The notes under the pieces are model-generated. The model ran no database searches. It saw only the letters and a list, made by a program, of their open reading frames with translations, and was not told where the DNA came from. DNA of 64,000 nt, taken from contig CAWAHW010000002.1 in NCBI GenBank assembly GCA_963781885.1, positions 416,001 through 480,000 of the forward strand, written 5' to 3'. Below, piece after piece: positions 49,386-58,016 of this stretch. The stretch's first letter is position 1, and every line of letters starts with the position of its first letter. Position numbers and translations under genes: made by a program. Origin of the DNA: an uncultured Spirochaetota bacterium (lineage in GTDB: Bacteria > Spirochaetota > Spirochaetia > SZUA-6 > Fen-1364).

Positions 49386-50060
49386 TCATGGGTGCGGGGA
49401 GGCCGCGTGCGTGATATGGCTGTACGCGAGGATCGTGAAGCCCAGGAGGCAGAAACTGTAGAGGAAGTCTTCAACAGGAATGGAACCGACCCGCACGCCG
49501 ATGATCGCCATCTTGCCATAGGAGACGACTGGAAGTGCCGTCAGGATGCCGTTGAAAAGCAGAAAGGGCGCGTACGACAAGCCGATGGCAAGCCAGAACC
49601 GCCTGCTGGAGAGGAGCCGCGAAAGAAAAGCCGCCAGCAGAAGAAATGCGCACGTCGCGGCAAGCACCGTGGACGTGTAGAGCCTGCCCCGCAGCAGGAC
49701 TGCCCCGGCCGCACACGCCGCGGATGCCGCCAGCCATGGGAACCTGCCGCCCGTTGTCTTCTCCCGGCTGTACGCCCCGACCGCTTCGTAGATGAAAAGG
49801 CAGCTGAAGGGTACCGCGAGAAAGAAGAAGAGCTCGCCCAGGGGCAGGGAAAGGATGCGGAGGTTTCCAGCGTACCCTGCGTTGAAGCTCCACGCGCCGC
49901 TTCTTGTCATGACGGCATCCCAGGCGACAAAGGGGATGCCGACAAGCACCGCCGCCAGCGACGCGGCAGGCCATTTGCGGAAATAGCGCACCTTCCCGTG
50001 GAAGGACAAGGCAGCGGGGAGCGCCGCGATCAGGATGTCGAGCGCAAGGTAGAGATTCAT
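49386..50060 (-). CDS. Lycopene cyclase, fused CrtYc/CrtYd membrane type
   Basis: Two repeats with WD, W.FN, PLGE.FFF and NGILT, IPVEDFLY; directly downstream of crtB. Confidence 0.88.
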   Translation of the reverse strand: MNLYLALDILIAALPAALSFHGKVRYFRKWPAASLAAVLVGIPFVAWDAVMTRSGAWSFNAGYAGNLRILSLPLGELFFFLAVPFSCLFIYEAVGAYSREKTTGGRFPWLAASAACAAGAVLLRGRLYTSTVLAATCAFLLLAAFLSRLLSSRRFWLAIGLSYAPFLLFNGILTALPVVSYGKMAIIGVRVGSIPVEDFLYSFCLLGFTILAYSHITHAASPHP

Positions 50061-50066
50061 TCCGTC

Positions 50067-50882
50067 CTATGTGATTGCATTCGCGAACGCCTGGAGAAAG
50101 ATTCTCGATTTCCTCGGCTTCACCTTGCGCTCGAACACGATCATCGGCCTGTTCTGGATCCGCCGGGCGGTCCATGCATACATGTCCGAAGCCGTCTTGA
50201 TCGGGAGACGGTATCTTCGGGGAATGAATGCAAATCCGTTTTCCGCCTCCCGTTGCCAGCCGCGGTAGAGGCCGATGTGCCGGTCGATGAAGGCGCGAAA
50301 CTCCCGGGGGCGCTCCTGCACGTCGTCGGGGTCCAGCGACGAGAGCCCCGTGCCCTCCAGCGACAGATAACGCCTCCCCAAACGAAAGTCCTCTTCGATG
50401 TCCCTGATGAAATTGATGTACTGCATGGCGCGCCCGAGCATCGCCGCGTAGGGAAGGGATTCCTCGGCGAGGTTCATGATCCTTGCCATGAAGAGCCCGA
50501 TCACTTCCGCGGAACCGTGGATGTAGGCAAGAGTCTCCTGCACCGTGCGGTATTCCTTCCTGCTGAGATCTGTCTCCATTGAGTCGAGGAATGCCGCCAC
50601 CCAGCCGGGATCGAAATGCTTTTCCCTGAGAAGGTCCACGAAAGGATCGACAATCGGGTCCCCGACACGCCCGACGGCAAGCGCCTTCTCATACGTGCGC
50701 CTGAACGCCGTGAATCCGCGGCCGTCCTGGGGTTGCGCGTCAACGAAATCGTCTGCCGTCCGTACGAACGCATAAAGCGTAAAGACCTGCCGCTTGATCT
50801 CCGGTGGAAAGAAGAGGCTGCTTGTGAAGTAGGTCTTGCTCCCGTTCTTGAATATCGCCCCATGTATCTTCTTTGCGTTCAT
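50067..50882 (-). CDS. crtB: Phytoene synthase
   Basis: SKTYF, LYAFVRTADDFVD, M..DL, GSAEVIGL, AMQYINFIRDIEED..LGRRY. Confidence 0.93.
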   Translation of the reverse strand: MNAKKIHGAIFKNGSKTYFTSSLFFPPEIKRQVFTLYAFVRTADDFVDAQPQDGRGFTAFRRTYEKALAVGRVGDPIVDPFVDLLREKHFDPGWVAAFLDSMETDLSRKEYRTVQETLAYIHGSAEVIGLFMARIMNLAEESLPYAAMLGRAMQYINFIRDIEEDFRLGRRYLSLEGTGLSSLDPDDVQERPREFRAFIDRHIGLYRGWQREAENGFAFIPRRYRLPIKTASDMYAWTARRIQNRPMIVFERKVKPRKSRIFLQAFANAIT

Positions 50883-50908
50883 CTTGTCCCCTTCATAGTG
50901 AAGCTAAA

Positions 50909-50970
50909 ACACAAATTGTAATAAATCAAGCAATAAGTGTTGAATTAGGACACAAAATGAGTTATATTTC
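50909..50970. promoter_or_regulatory. AT-rich divergent promoter (crtB versus HMG-CoA synthase/crtU) with candidate operator
   Basis: TTGAAT(50940)-N17-TATATT(50963); imperfect inverted repeat ACACAAATTG-N12-CAATAAGTGT (50909-50940); third half-site ACACAAAATG at 50950. Confidence 0.6.
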
Positions 50971-50981
50971 GACTGGAGGGT

Positions 50982-52325
50982 TTGCCGGTGAAAAAAAGGC
51001 GTGACACAGTTGGCATAAGCGATATCGGGATCTATGTGCCCCCACCGATGATCGATTTGCAGGAAATTGTCGCGAGGCGGGTAAGTGAAAACCCCAGGAT
51101 GCAAAGGCACCTTGAAAGGGCCTGGCGGGTGACCGGACAGAAAGCGATCCGCTTTCCCGAGAGCTGGCAGGATACAGCCACTCTTGCGGCGGAAGCGGCG
51201 CGGAATCTCGTGCAACAGAACCCCGACGTGGACCCTTCATCTATTCGGCATCTTGCCGTCGGGACGGAGAGTGGCGTCGATCATTCGAAGCCGGTCTCCG
51301 CGTACGTGCAGGGGATGCTGCAGCGGGCGGGTGTGGCGCTCCCGTTTTCTCTTTCCAGCTTCCAGGCCCAGCACGCGTGCGCCGGTGGCACCGTGGCCCT
51401 TCTCAGCGTCGCGGGTCTCTTGGCTGCGGGAGGCCGCAGCGGCGAGGGGGGCCTCGTGATCGCTTCCGACGTCGCGCGCTACCAGACAGGCTCCACGGCG
51501 GAGATGACGCAAGGGGCAGGGGCGGTGGCGCTGCACGTGGAGCTTGCTCCCCGATTGCTGGAGATAGATCTCGGGAGCATCGGGTTTCATTCCCGCGATA
51601 CGGATGATTTTTTCCGGCCGATCGGCTCTTCGACGGCCCGGGTCAATGGCGGTTACTCAATGAAATGCTACGCGGACGGCCTGGACGAAGCCTTCCTGGA
51701 TCTCTGCGCACGAAGCGGGCAGGATCCGGAGAAGACCCTTCGGGAAAACGACTTCTTTGTCCTCCACACTCCTTTCAGGAACATGCCCGCGACCGCCCTG
51801 GAGAAGCTCTTGCAGCGCCGGCTGGGCATGGACGCCGACCAGTCCCGGGAGTTCCTCCGTGGACGCGGATTCTTTCCTTCCATAGATGCCCTCGCGCGGA
51901 TAGGGAACATCTACACGGGATCGATCTATGCGGCGCTGGCCTTCCTCCTGGAAGACCGCTATCGTGCGATGGGGACGGGCATCGTCGGCAAAAGAATCCT
52001 TTTTGCCTCCTACGGATCCGGAAACACGACGATCGTTTTTTTCGCGCGGATCATGCCTTCCGCGCCGCGGGTGATCGCTCGCTGGAACCTCGCGCGTATC
52101 TTCGACTCGGCGCGGAACGCCGACTTCGATGAGTACGCGCGATGGGCGTCCGGGTCATCCGGACCGGAGCTCTCCCCGGGATCCACCGTCCCGCCGGATT
52201 CATTCTTTCTCAGCGCGGTGAGAGAGGATGGCTATCGCGTGTACGCAGAGGCTGGTGATGGGACGGCGTCCGCGGAAAGAGAAATTCCTCTTGTCTTGCC
52301 CGAACCGGTAGCGGCTTTCGTCTAG
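50982..52325 (+). CDS. mvaS: Hydroxymethylglutaryl-CoA synthase
   Basis: VGISDIGIYVP, GTESGVDHSKP, HACAGG catalytic Cys, SDVARY, E.TQGAGAVA, DFFRP, HTPF, GNIYTGS, SYGSG. Confidence 0.9.
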   Translation: MPVKKRRDTVGISDIGIYVPPPMIDLQEIVARRVSENPRMQRHLERAWRVTGQKAIRFPESWQDTATLAAEAARNLVQQNPDVDPSSIRHLAVGTESGVDHSKPVSAYVQGMLQRAGVALPFSLSSFQAQHACAGGTVALLSVAGLLAAGGRSGEGGLVIASDVARYQTGSTAEMTQGAGAVALHVELAPRLLEIDLGSIGFHSRDTDDFFRPIGSSTARVNGGYSMKCYADGLDEAFLDLCARSGQDPEKTLRENDFFVLHTPFRNMPATALEKLLQRRLGMDADQSREFLRGRGFFPSIDALARIGNIYTGSIYAALAFLLEDRYRAMGTGIVGKRILFASYGSGNTTIVFFARIMPSAPRVIARWNLARIFDSARNADFDEYARWASGSSGPELSPGSTVPPDSFFLSAVREDGYRVYAEAGDGTASAEREIPLVLPEPVAAFV

Positions 52326-52334
52326 GGGGCGGCG

Positions 52335-53837
52335 ATGATTCGCAAGGCAATCATGGCGAGACTCGGCGGGAATTGCATCCGCACAAACACGGTCCACGAG
52401 AACCTGCCCGCCCGGATCGGGGGGCGCAAGAAGGTCGCCGTCATCGGGGCGGGCATTGCAGGTCTCACCGCCGCGACCATTCTTGCCGAAAGAGGCTTCG
52501 ACGTCACGCTCATGGAAAAGAACGCGTACCTCGGCGGCAAGACGGGCTTCTGGAAGGCGGTGCTGGAAGACGGATTCAAGACCCGGGTCGATCATGGTTT
52601 CCACGGATTCTTCCCTCAGTATTTCAACCTTCGTCGGCTCATGCAGCGGTGGGGAGCGTCACACCGACTCGTGCCGATCGGGGACTACAGGATTGCAACT
52701 CTGCGACAGGGAAGCTACAGCTTTAAAAGGGTCAGCACGACGCCCCTTCTCAACATGCTTTCGCTGTCAAAGACGGGCCTGTACCGCCTGCGAGACGTTG
52801 TGCGGAACCCTGAGGCGCGCCGCTTGCTTGCATTCCTGCGCTATGACGCGGAAAAGACCTTCGCGCGCTTCGATGGCGTTTCATTCCACGCGTTCGCCGA
52901 GGCCGCACGGATTCCGGCGCCGATGCGGATGATGTTCAACACCTTCAGCCGCGCCTTCTTCGCCGATCCCACGCTCATGTCGACCGCCGAGGTGATCAAG
53001 AGCTTCCACTTCTACTTCCTGAGCAATGACCTCGGGCTCCTGTTCGATTACCTCGACGGTGACTACGAGGATGCGCTGCTCGCTCCCGCCCGCGCCTGCC
53101 TGGAAAGGCTCGGGGTGACCGTTCTCACCGGACGACCCGTGCGGCGGATCGAGAGGAGGGGCCGTTCCTTGGCCGTTGAAGGGCTCGAGGTCGACGACGT
53201 CGTGTGCGCCGCCGATGCACGATCCACGCGGCAGATCGTCGAACGATCCCCTTTCATCGAAGCGGAGGACCCGGCGGCGTTCGCGCGCTTTGGACGCCTG
53301 CGCGCGTCCCAGGGCTACGCGGTCCTCCGGCTGTGGCTCGACGCGCCGGTGCATTGGGACGGTCCGCCTTTTCTCGCGACAGACCGCCGCCGGCTCCTCG
53401 ACTCCATGAGCTTTTTTCACCGGATAGACCGCGCGTCGGCGGACTGGGCGGCGCAGAACAACGGCTCCGTCGTCGAGCTGCACTCCTACGCTCTTCCCCG
53501 GGATCGACCCGGCGACGAGGCGATACGCGAAGGGCTGATGGGGGAGATGAAGGAATACCTGCCGGAGCTGCGGGGCGCGCGCGCGGTGCATTCCCACCTG
53601 CAGGTGCGCGACGATTTCACCGCGTTTCACGTGGACATGCATGCCGACAGACCGGGAACCCGGACCAGGGTGGCCAGCCTTTTTTTCGCGGGAGACTGGG
53701 TGAAGATCCGTCCCCCGGCCATGCTCATGGAGGCTGCCTGCACCTCGGCGGTGATTGCCGCGAACGCTGTTCTGGAAGCTGAAGGCGTGCGGGAAGAGCC
53801 GGTGTTCTCCGTGCCGGAAAAGGGACTGTTTGCATGA
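52335..53837 (+). CDS. crtU: Carotenoid phi-ring (isorenieratene) synthase, actinobacterial CrtU type
   Basis: GAGIAG FAD site, HGFHGFFPQYFNL, FSRAFFADP..MS.AE....FHFYFL....GLLFD, VVELHSYAL, AGDW, LMEAA. Confidence 0.78.
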   Translation: MIRKAIMARLGGNCIRTNTVHENLPARIGGRKKVAVIGAGIAGLTAATILAERGFDVTLMEKNAYLGGKTGFWKAVLEDGFKTRVDHGFHGFFPQYFNLRRLMQRWGASHRLVPIGDYRIATLRQGSYSFKRVSTTPLLNMLSLSKTGLYRLRDVVRNPEARRLLAFLRYDAEKTFARFDGVSFHAFAEAARIPAPMRMMFNTFSRAFFADPTLMSTAEVIKSFHFYFLSNDLGLLFDYLDGDYEDALLAPARACLERLGVTVLTGRPVRRIERRGRSLAVEGLEVDDVVCAADARSTRQIVERSPFIEAEDPAAFARFGRLRASQGYAVLRLWLDAPVHWDGPPFLATDRRRLLDSMSFFHRIDRASADWAAQNNGSVVELHSYALPRDRPGDEAIREGLMGEMKEYLPELRGARAVHSHLQVRDDFTAFHVDMHADRPGTRTRVASLFFAGDWVKIRPPAMLMEAACTSAVIAANAVLEAEGVREEPVFSVPEKGLFA

Positions 53838-53906
53838 AGAAAAGCAGCGGGTGGAAATTGCCCCCTGCATTTGCTACCATGACGCATCCCTCGCGAGGAA
53901 AACACC

Positions 53907-54851
53907 ATGGCTGATTTCGCGTCACGACTTCACGAGCTCCGAAAGAAACGCGGGTTGCGCCAGAAAGACCTTGCGGTTTCCCTGGGGCTTGCGCAGACCA
54001 CGATCGCGAATTACGAGCAGAAGATGCGTTTTCCGGACGAAAAGACCCTTGGCATGATCGCCGATTTTTTCGGCGCGTCGCTCGACTACCTTTTGGGCAG
54101 GGCGGATGTCGACGCGGATGTCCGTCAGGCGAAGTCCATTGCGGAGACCCCCCTTGAGGGCCTCGCGCGGAAGTACTTTGATGTTCTGCGATCCGGCGAC
54201 CGCGACGGCGCTTTCCGCCTGGTACGCGAAGCTCTCTCACGCGGCGCGAGCGTTGCGGAGCTCTACCAGGACGTCTTCGAGGCAAGCCTGCGCGAGATCG
54301 GGCGACTGTGGGCCGCGGGGGAAGTCCCGGTCGCGGAAGAGCACGGCTTTTCGGAGGCAACGCAGCTCTTTATTTCACGCCTGCATTCCGCCATCGAGAC
54401 CGCCGCGCGCAGAAAGCGGAATCTCCACGCCGTGGTTTTCGCCGTCTACGGAGAGGCCCACGTGATCGGGGCGCGCATGGTGTCCGACCTCCTCGAGATG
54501 GACGGCTGGGACGTCGATCATCTTGGCGGGAACCTCTCCACACGACACGCGATGCGCGCTCTCCTGGATCGGCCCGCTCATCTCCTGGCGCTTTCCGTCT
54601 CCCTTGCCCAGCACCTCGGGGCGGCGGAAGACCTCATTGCGGCCGTCCGGGGGGAGAAGGCGCTGCGCGAGATGAAGCTCATGGTGGGCGGCCGCGTGTT
54701 TCACACGGCGCCCCACCTGTGGCAGGAGTTGGGTGCCGACGGGACGGCATTGACGGCCGTCGGCGCCGTCGGGGAGGCAGACAAGCTTCTTGGTGTCCAG
54801 GACCCCGGCGCCGACCCGTCCCGGACGGAGCAGGGGACCGTGACGGAGTAA
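53907..54851 (+). CDS. XRE-HTH plus CarH-type cobalamin-binding domain regulator
   Basis: LHELRKKRGLRQKDLA...IANYE...P...IADFFGASLDYLLGR; W-x9-EH (WAAGEVPVAEEH); ExHxxG (EAHVIG), LSVS, VGG. Confidence 0.9.
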   Translation: MADFASRLHELRKKRGLRQKDLAVSLGLAQTTIANYEQKMRFPDEKTLGMIADFFGASLDYLLGRADVDADVRQAKSIAETPLEGLARKYFDVLRSGDRDGAFRLVREALSRGASVAELYQDVFEASLREIGRLWAAGEVPVAEEHGFSEATQLFISRLHSAIETAARRKRNLHAVVFAVYGEAHVIGARMVSDLLEMDGWDVDHLGGNLSTRHAMRALLDRPAHLLALSVSLAQHLGAAEDLIAAVRGEKALREMKLMVGGRVFHTAPHLWQELGADGTALTAVGAVGEADKLLGVQDPGADPSRTEQGTVTE

Positions 54852-54876
54852 ACCCGTCGGCGCACGATCTCCTGCG

Positions 54877-56376
54877 TCATCTTCGATGGCGCCGGGCAAT
54901 CTCTTCCGCCACGATTCGCGACGAGATGAACGCCATTGGCACGCCGATACCCGGGTGCGTGTACCCACCTGTATACCAGAGATCCTCAACAGTACGGCTC
55001 TTGTGCGCGGGTCGGAACAGGGCAGTCTGCCGGAGCGTGTGCGCAAGACCGAGGGCGGTTCCCTTGTAGGCGTGGTAGGCGGAGGAAAAGTCATTCAGCG
55101 TGAAGATGCGCTCCGTGCGGATCGTGCCTCGAATGCGCTGCCCGATCACGGCTTCGACGTGGTCGAGCAGCTTCTCGCGATACGCCGCACGAATCTCGGC
55201 GGTATCCGGCAGACCCGGTGCAATGGGCACGAGGACCATCAAAGCCTCGCCACCGGCGGGCGCGACCCGTGGATCGGTGCGGGAAGGGGCGCAAATGTAG
55301 AAGCAGGGACTTTCGGGCCAGGCGGGGCGCTTCGTGATGGCCGCGAAATGAATGTTCCAGTCCTCGGCGAAATAGAGGTTGTGATGCGCGAGGCCGCCCG
55401 GCCGCCGATCCAGGCCGAGGTAAAGCAGGAACATGGACGGGGCGATCGTTCTCCGCTCCCAATAGCGCGTGCCGTAGCTCTGCTGCGCGGGGGCAAGAAG
55501 GGCGGTCTCCGCGTGGTGATAATCGGCGTTGACGGCGACGATGTCCGCTGCCATCCCACCGCCGTCCTTCAGGTGAACGCCACGGGCGGCGCCAGCCCGG
55601 ACTTCAATGCGGTCCACCTCGCGGCCCGTGAGGATCTCCACCCCGAGACTCCGATTGACGTCGAGCAGGGCGTCAACGATCGCCCCGATTCCGCCGGTCC
55701 CGCCTCCCGCAGGCAGGGGATAGAACACGCCGAGGTCGAGATCCGCATGCGACATCAGGGAATACAGCGCGGGAGCGCGGGACGGGTCGTTGCCCAGAAA
55801 GACCATGTGGTATTCAAGGAGCTGCCGCGCCCTGCGGTCGGAGAAGAAGCGCCGGGTGTGGCGATCGAGGCTCTGGAAGACGTTCAGTCGCGCGGCGTCG
55901 ACGATCGTGCGCCGGTTCAGGAACTGGAAAATCGAGGTGGCGTCCCGGTAAAGGAATTCTTTCAACGCGATGTCATATTTCCGGCGCGCCTCCGCAAGGT
56001 AGGCTGTGAGAAGGGCGGCGCCGCCGGGCTGCAGGCGCTCGAATGTCGCAAGGTTCGCTTTCCGCTCGGGCACGATGTCCACGACCTCCTCCGGGCTGAA
56101 GTACACCCGGTAGGAGGGGTCGAGTGCCACCAGACGATAGAGCTCCTCGCGACGACGACCGAACAGCGCGAAGAAATCGTCGAACACCTCCGGCATGAGG
56201 TACCACGTGGGGCCCATGTCGAATGTGAATCCTTCGGAGCGCCACACCCGTGCACGGCCTCCCGGTTGCTCGTTCTTTTCGAGAATGCTCACCCGCATGC
56301 CCTGGCGCGCGAGCAGCGCGCCAAGGGTGAGCCCGCCGAAGCCGGCCCCGACGATGATGACCCTTTCCTTGCCCAT
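54877..56376 (-). CDS. crtI: Phytoene desaturase
   Basis: GAGFGG, EKN..PGGR, FDMGPTWYLMP, HHNLYF, LGLAHTLRQT, THPGIGVP. Confidence 0.92.
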   Translation of the reverse strand: MGKERVIIVGAGFGGLTLGALLARQGMRVSILEKNEQPGGRARVWRSEGFTFDMGPTWYLMPEVFDDFFALFGRRREELYRLVALDPSYRVYFSPEEVVDIVPERKANLATFERLQPGGAALLTAYLAEARRKYDIALKEFLYRDATSIFQFLNRRTIVDAARLNVFQSLDRHTRRFFSDRRARQLLEYHMVFLGNDPSRAPALYSLMSHADLDLGVFYPLPAGGGTGGIGAIVDALLDVNRSLGVEILTGREVDRIEVRAGAARGVHLKDGGGMAADIVAVNADYHHAETALLAPAQQSYGTRYWERRTIAPSMFLLYLGLDRRPGGLAHHNLYFAEDWNIHFAAITKRPAWPESPCFYICAPSRTDPRVAPAGGEALMVLVPIAPGLPDTAEIRAAYREKLLDHVEAVIGQRIRGTIRTERIFTLNDFSSAYHAYKGTALGLAHTLRQTALFRPAHKSRTVEDLWYTGGYTHPGIGVPMAFISSRIVAEEIARRHRR

Positions 56377-56418
56377 GAAGCGGAAGGCGGCGCCCGACCC
56401 CTGTCGGACGGACAGCTT

Positions 56419-57303
56419 TCACCTTTCTATGGAAACCCCAAGGGTGAGGGCCGCGGTCGCCAGAACATTCTGGGTGTACGGGTTTGCGGCGGTCTGCGTC
56501 GTTGCCGACGTGTACGAATAGGCGTTGTTGCCGATGGCGCCGCCGCCGACGCTTCGAATGGTCGCGTACGCGGTTGCCCCGCGCATGAACGATGTCTTTG
56601 CGCTGAGGGCTGCGTCCCAGATCCAGCCGGTAAACTGCTGGGTGGAGCCGTTGAAAAAGGCGCTGGAAGCGTAGAAGCCGTCAGCCTCGAAATCCAGGCC
56701 GAAAAGTGGGGAGAACCAGTGGGCGGCATGCACCTTCAGAACGGGCACCGGGCCGATGTTTTGCGACACGGCCCGCACCGCCGGGGTCTGGTCCACGGAA
56801 GTAAAGACAATGGATGCATTCCTCACCTGGAGGCTGAGCCCGAGCCCGAGTATCGTCGATGGATCGTTTGAAAAATCGTAGAGGTAGCTCAGGCGCCAGA
56901 AGTCGAAGCCGTAGGTGATGTCGATGGGAGTGCCCGGCGTAAAAGAGGCGTCGTCGATGACGACGGGCTGGCCTTCATTGCTGCCGTTGCGGTCAGCGAC
57001 GGTGCGCGTGTTCAGCGTCAGGGGCTGGTAGAGGAACGTGAAACGGTTGTGACCGCCAAGGACCAGGTCGACTGAGTAGCGCTGGTAGGGAAAAAGTATG
57101 TCCTGGCCGCCCTGCGTGACGAGGTTGAAGTTGGTTCCGCTGGCGCCAGCCTGGTAAGTATGGTATAGCACGGCAAGGGCACCGAACTCAGCATGCGGAA
57201 CAATCTGGACGAAAGATACGTTTTCCTGGGCGGGAATCTGAACAAGGCCGGACAGAAACATTGCCACAATCACAATGGTTCCAACCATTAATCGTGATTT
57301 CAT
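56419..57303 (-). CDS. Exported hypothetical protein, probable outer-membrane beta-barrel
   Basis: Signal peptide; aromatic-rich alternating strands (FDFWRLSYLYDF, LGLGLSLQVR); strong RBS AAGGAG. Confidence 0.7.
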   Translation of the reverse strand: MKSRLMVGTIVIVAMFLSGLVQIPAQENVSFVQIVPHAEFGALAVLYHTYQAGASGTNFNLVTQGGQDILFPYQRYSVDLVLGGHNRFTFLYQPLTLNTRTVADRNGSNEGQPVVIDDASFTPGTPIDITYGFDFWRLSYLYDFSNDPSTILGLGLSLQVRNASIVFTSVDQTPAVRAVSQNIGPVPVLKVHAAHWFSPLFGLDFEADGFYASSAFFNGSTQQFTGWIWDAALSAKTSFMRGATAYATIRSVGGGAIGNNAYSYTSATTQTAANPYTQNVLATAALTLGVSIER

Positions 57304-57455
57304 TTGGTATTTACTCCTTCGAAGTGAAATATAACATCTTTTAGGTGTTCAACCAAGAAAAATGTAGAATAATGAATGTGCCTGCGCCTTGCAGCGCGAT
57401 AGCGCTAAAACCTGGTGTCTTGCGGGCCGAAGTGAGAGCGGCTACTATTCCAGCG

Positions 57456-58016
57456 ATGCGAGGCGCCCCCAGAAAGACATCGAAGGAAGCCGTCATCGCC
57501 GCGGCGCGCGCGCTGTTCACGGAGCATGGCGTCGAAGCTTCATCGGTGGCGGAGATAGCGTCGGCTGCGGGCACGGCAAAGGGCACCTTCTACCACTATT
57601 TCCCCTCGAAAGAGTCGCTTGTGGACGCCCTTTTTCGTCCCGACGCAGAAGCGCTCCTGGCGCTGGTTGCCGGGGACGGCTCCCGGCTCCGCATCGCAGC
57701 CATTGCCCGCGGCCTTCTTGATTTTTTTTCCACCCGCGCGCTTTTTCTCTCTGAGCTGCGCACCGCCTATCGCGGGCGCTTGCGCTACGGTTTCGTGAAG
57801 CTTGCACGGGGAGCCTTTGTCCCGCTGACGGCGCGCTATTACCGGCGTGACAGCCGCTTTGCGGTCCGCGACCTTGAGACATATTCGGAGCTCATTGTCG
57901 GCGCTGCCCTGGACCTTTGCAGCTATCGCCTCGTGCAGGGCAGGATTGCGGACGACAATGAGGCCCTCGTGATGCTGGAAGACCTGCTCAAACGCTTCTT
58001 CGACTGCGAGCCCTGA
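57456..58016 (+). CDS. TetR/AcrR family regulator
   Basis: AARALFTEHG...SVAEIA..AG.AKGTFYHYFPSKE. Confidence 0.9.
   Translation: MRGAPRKTSKEAVIAAARALFTEHGVEASSVAEIASAAGTAKGTFYHYFPSKESLVDALFRPDAEALLALVAGDGSRLRIAAIARGLLDFFSTRALFLSELRTAYRGRLRYGFVKLARGAFVPLTARYYRRDSRFAVRDLETYSELIVGAALDLCSYRLVQGRIADDNEALVMLEDLLKRFFDCEP

Noticed and set aside
54886-56871. Long antisense ORFs (661 aa here; also 48870-50582, 12981-14432, 3465-4574)
   Set aside because: They mirror well-supported genes on the opposite strand and contain no recognisable motifs
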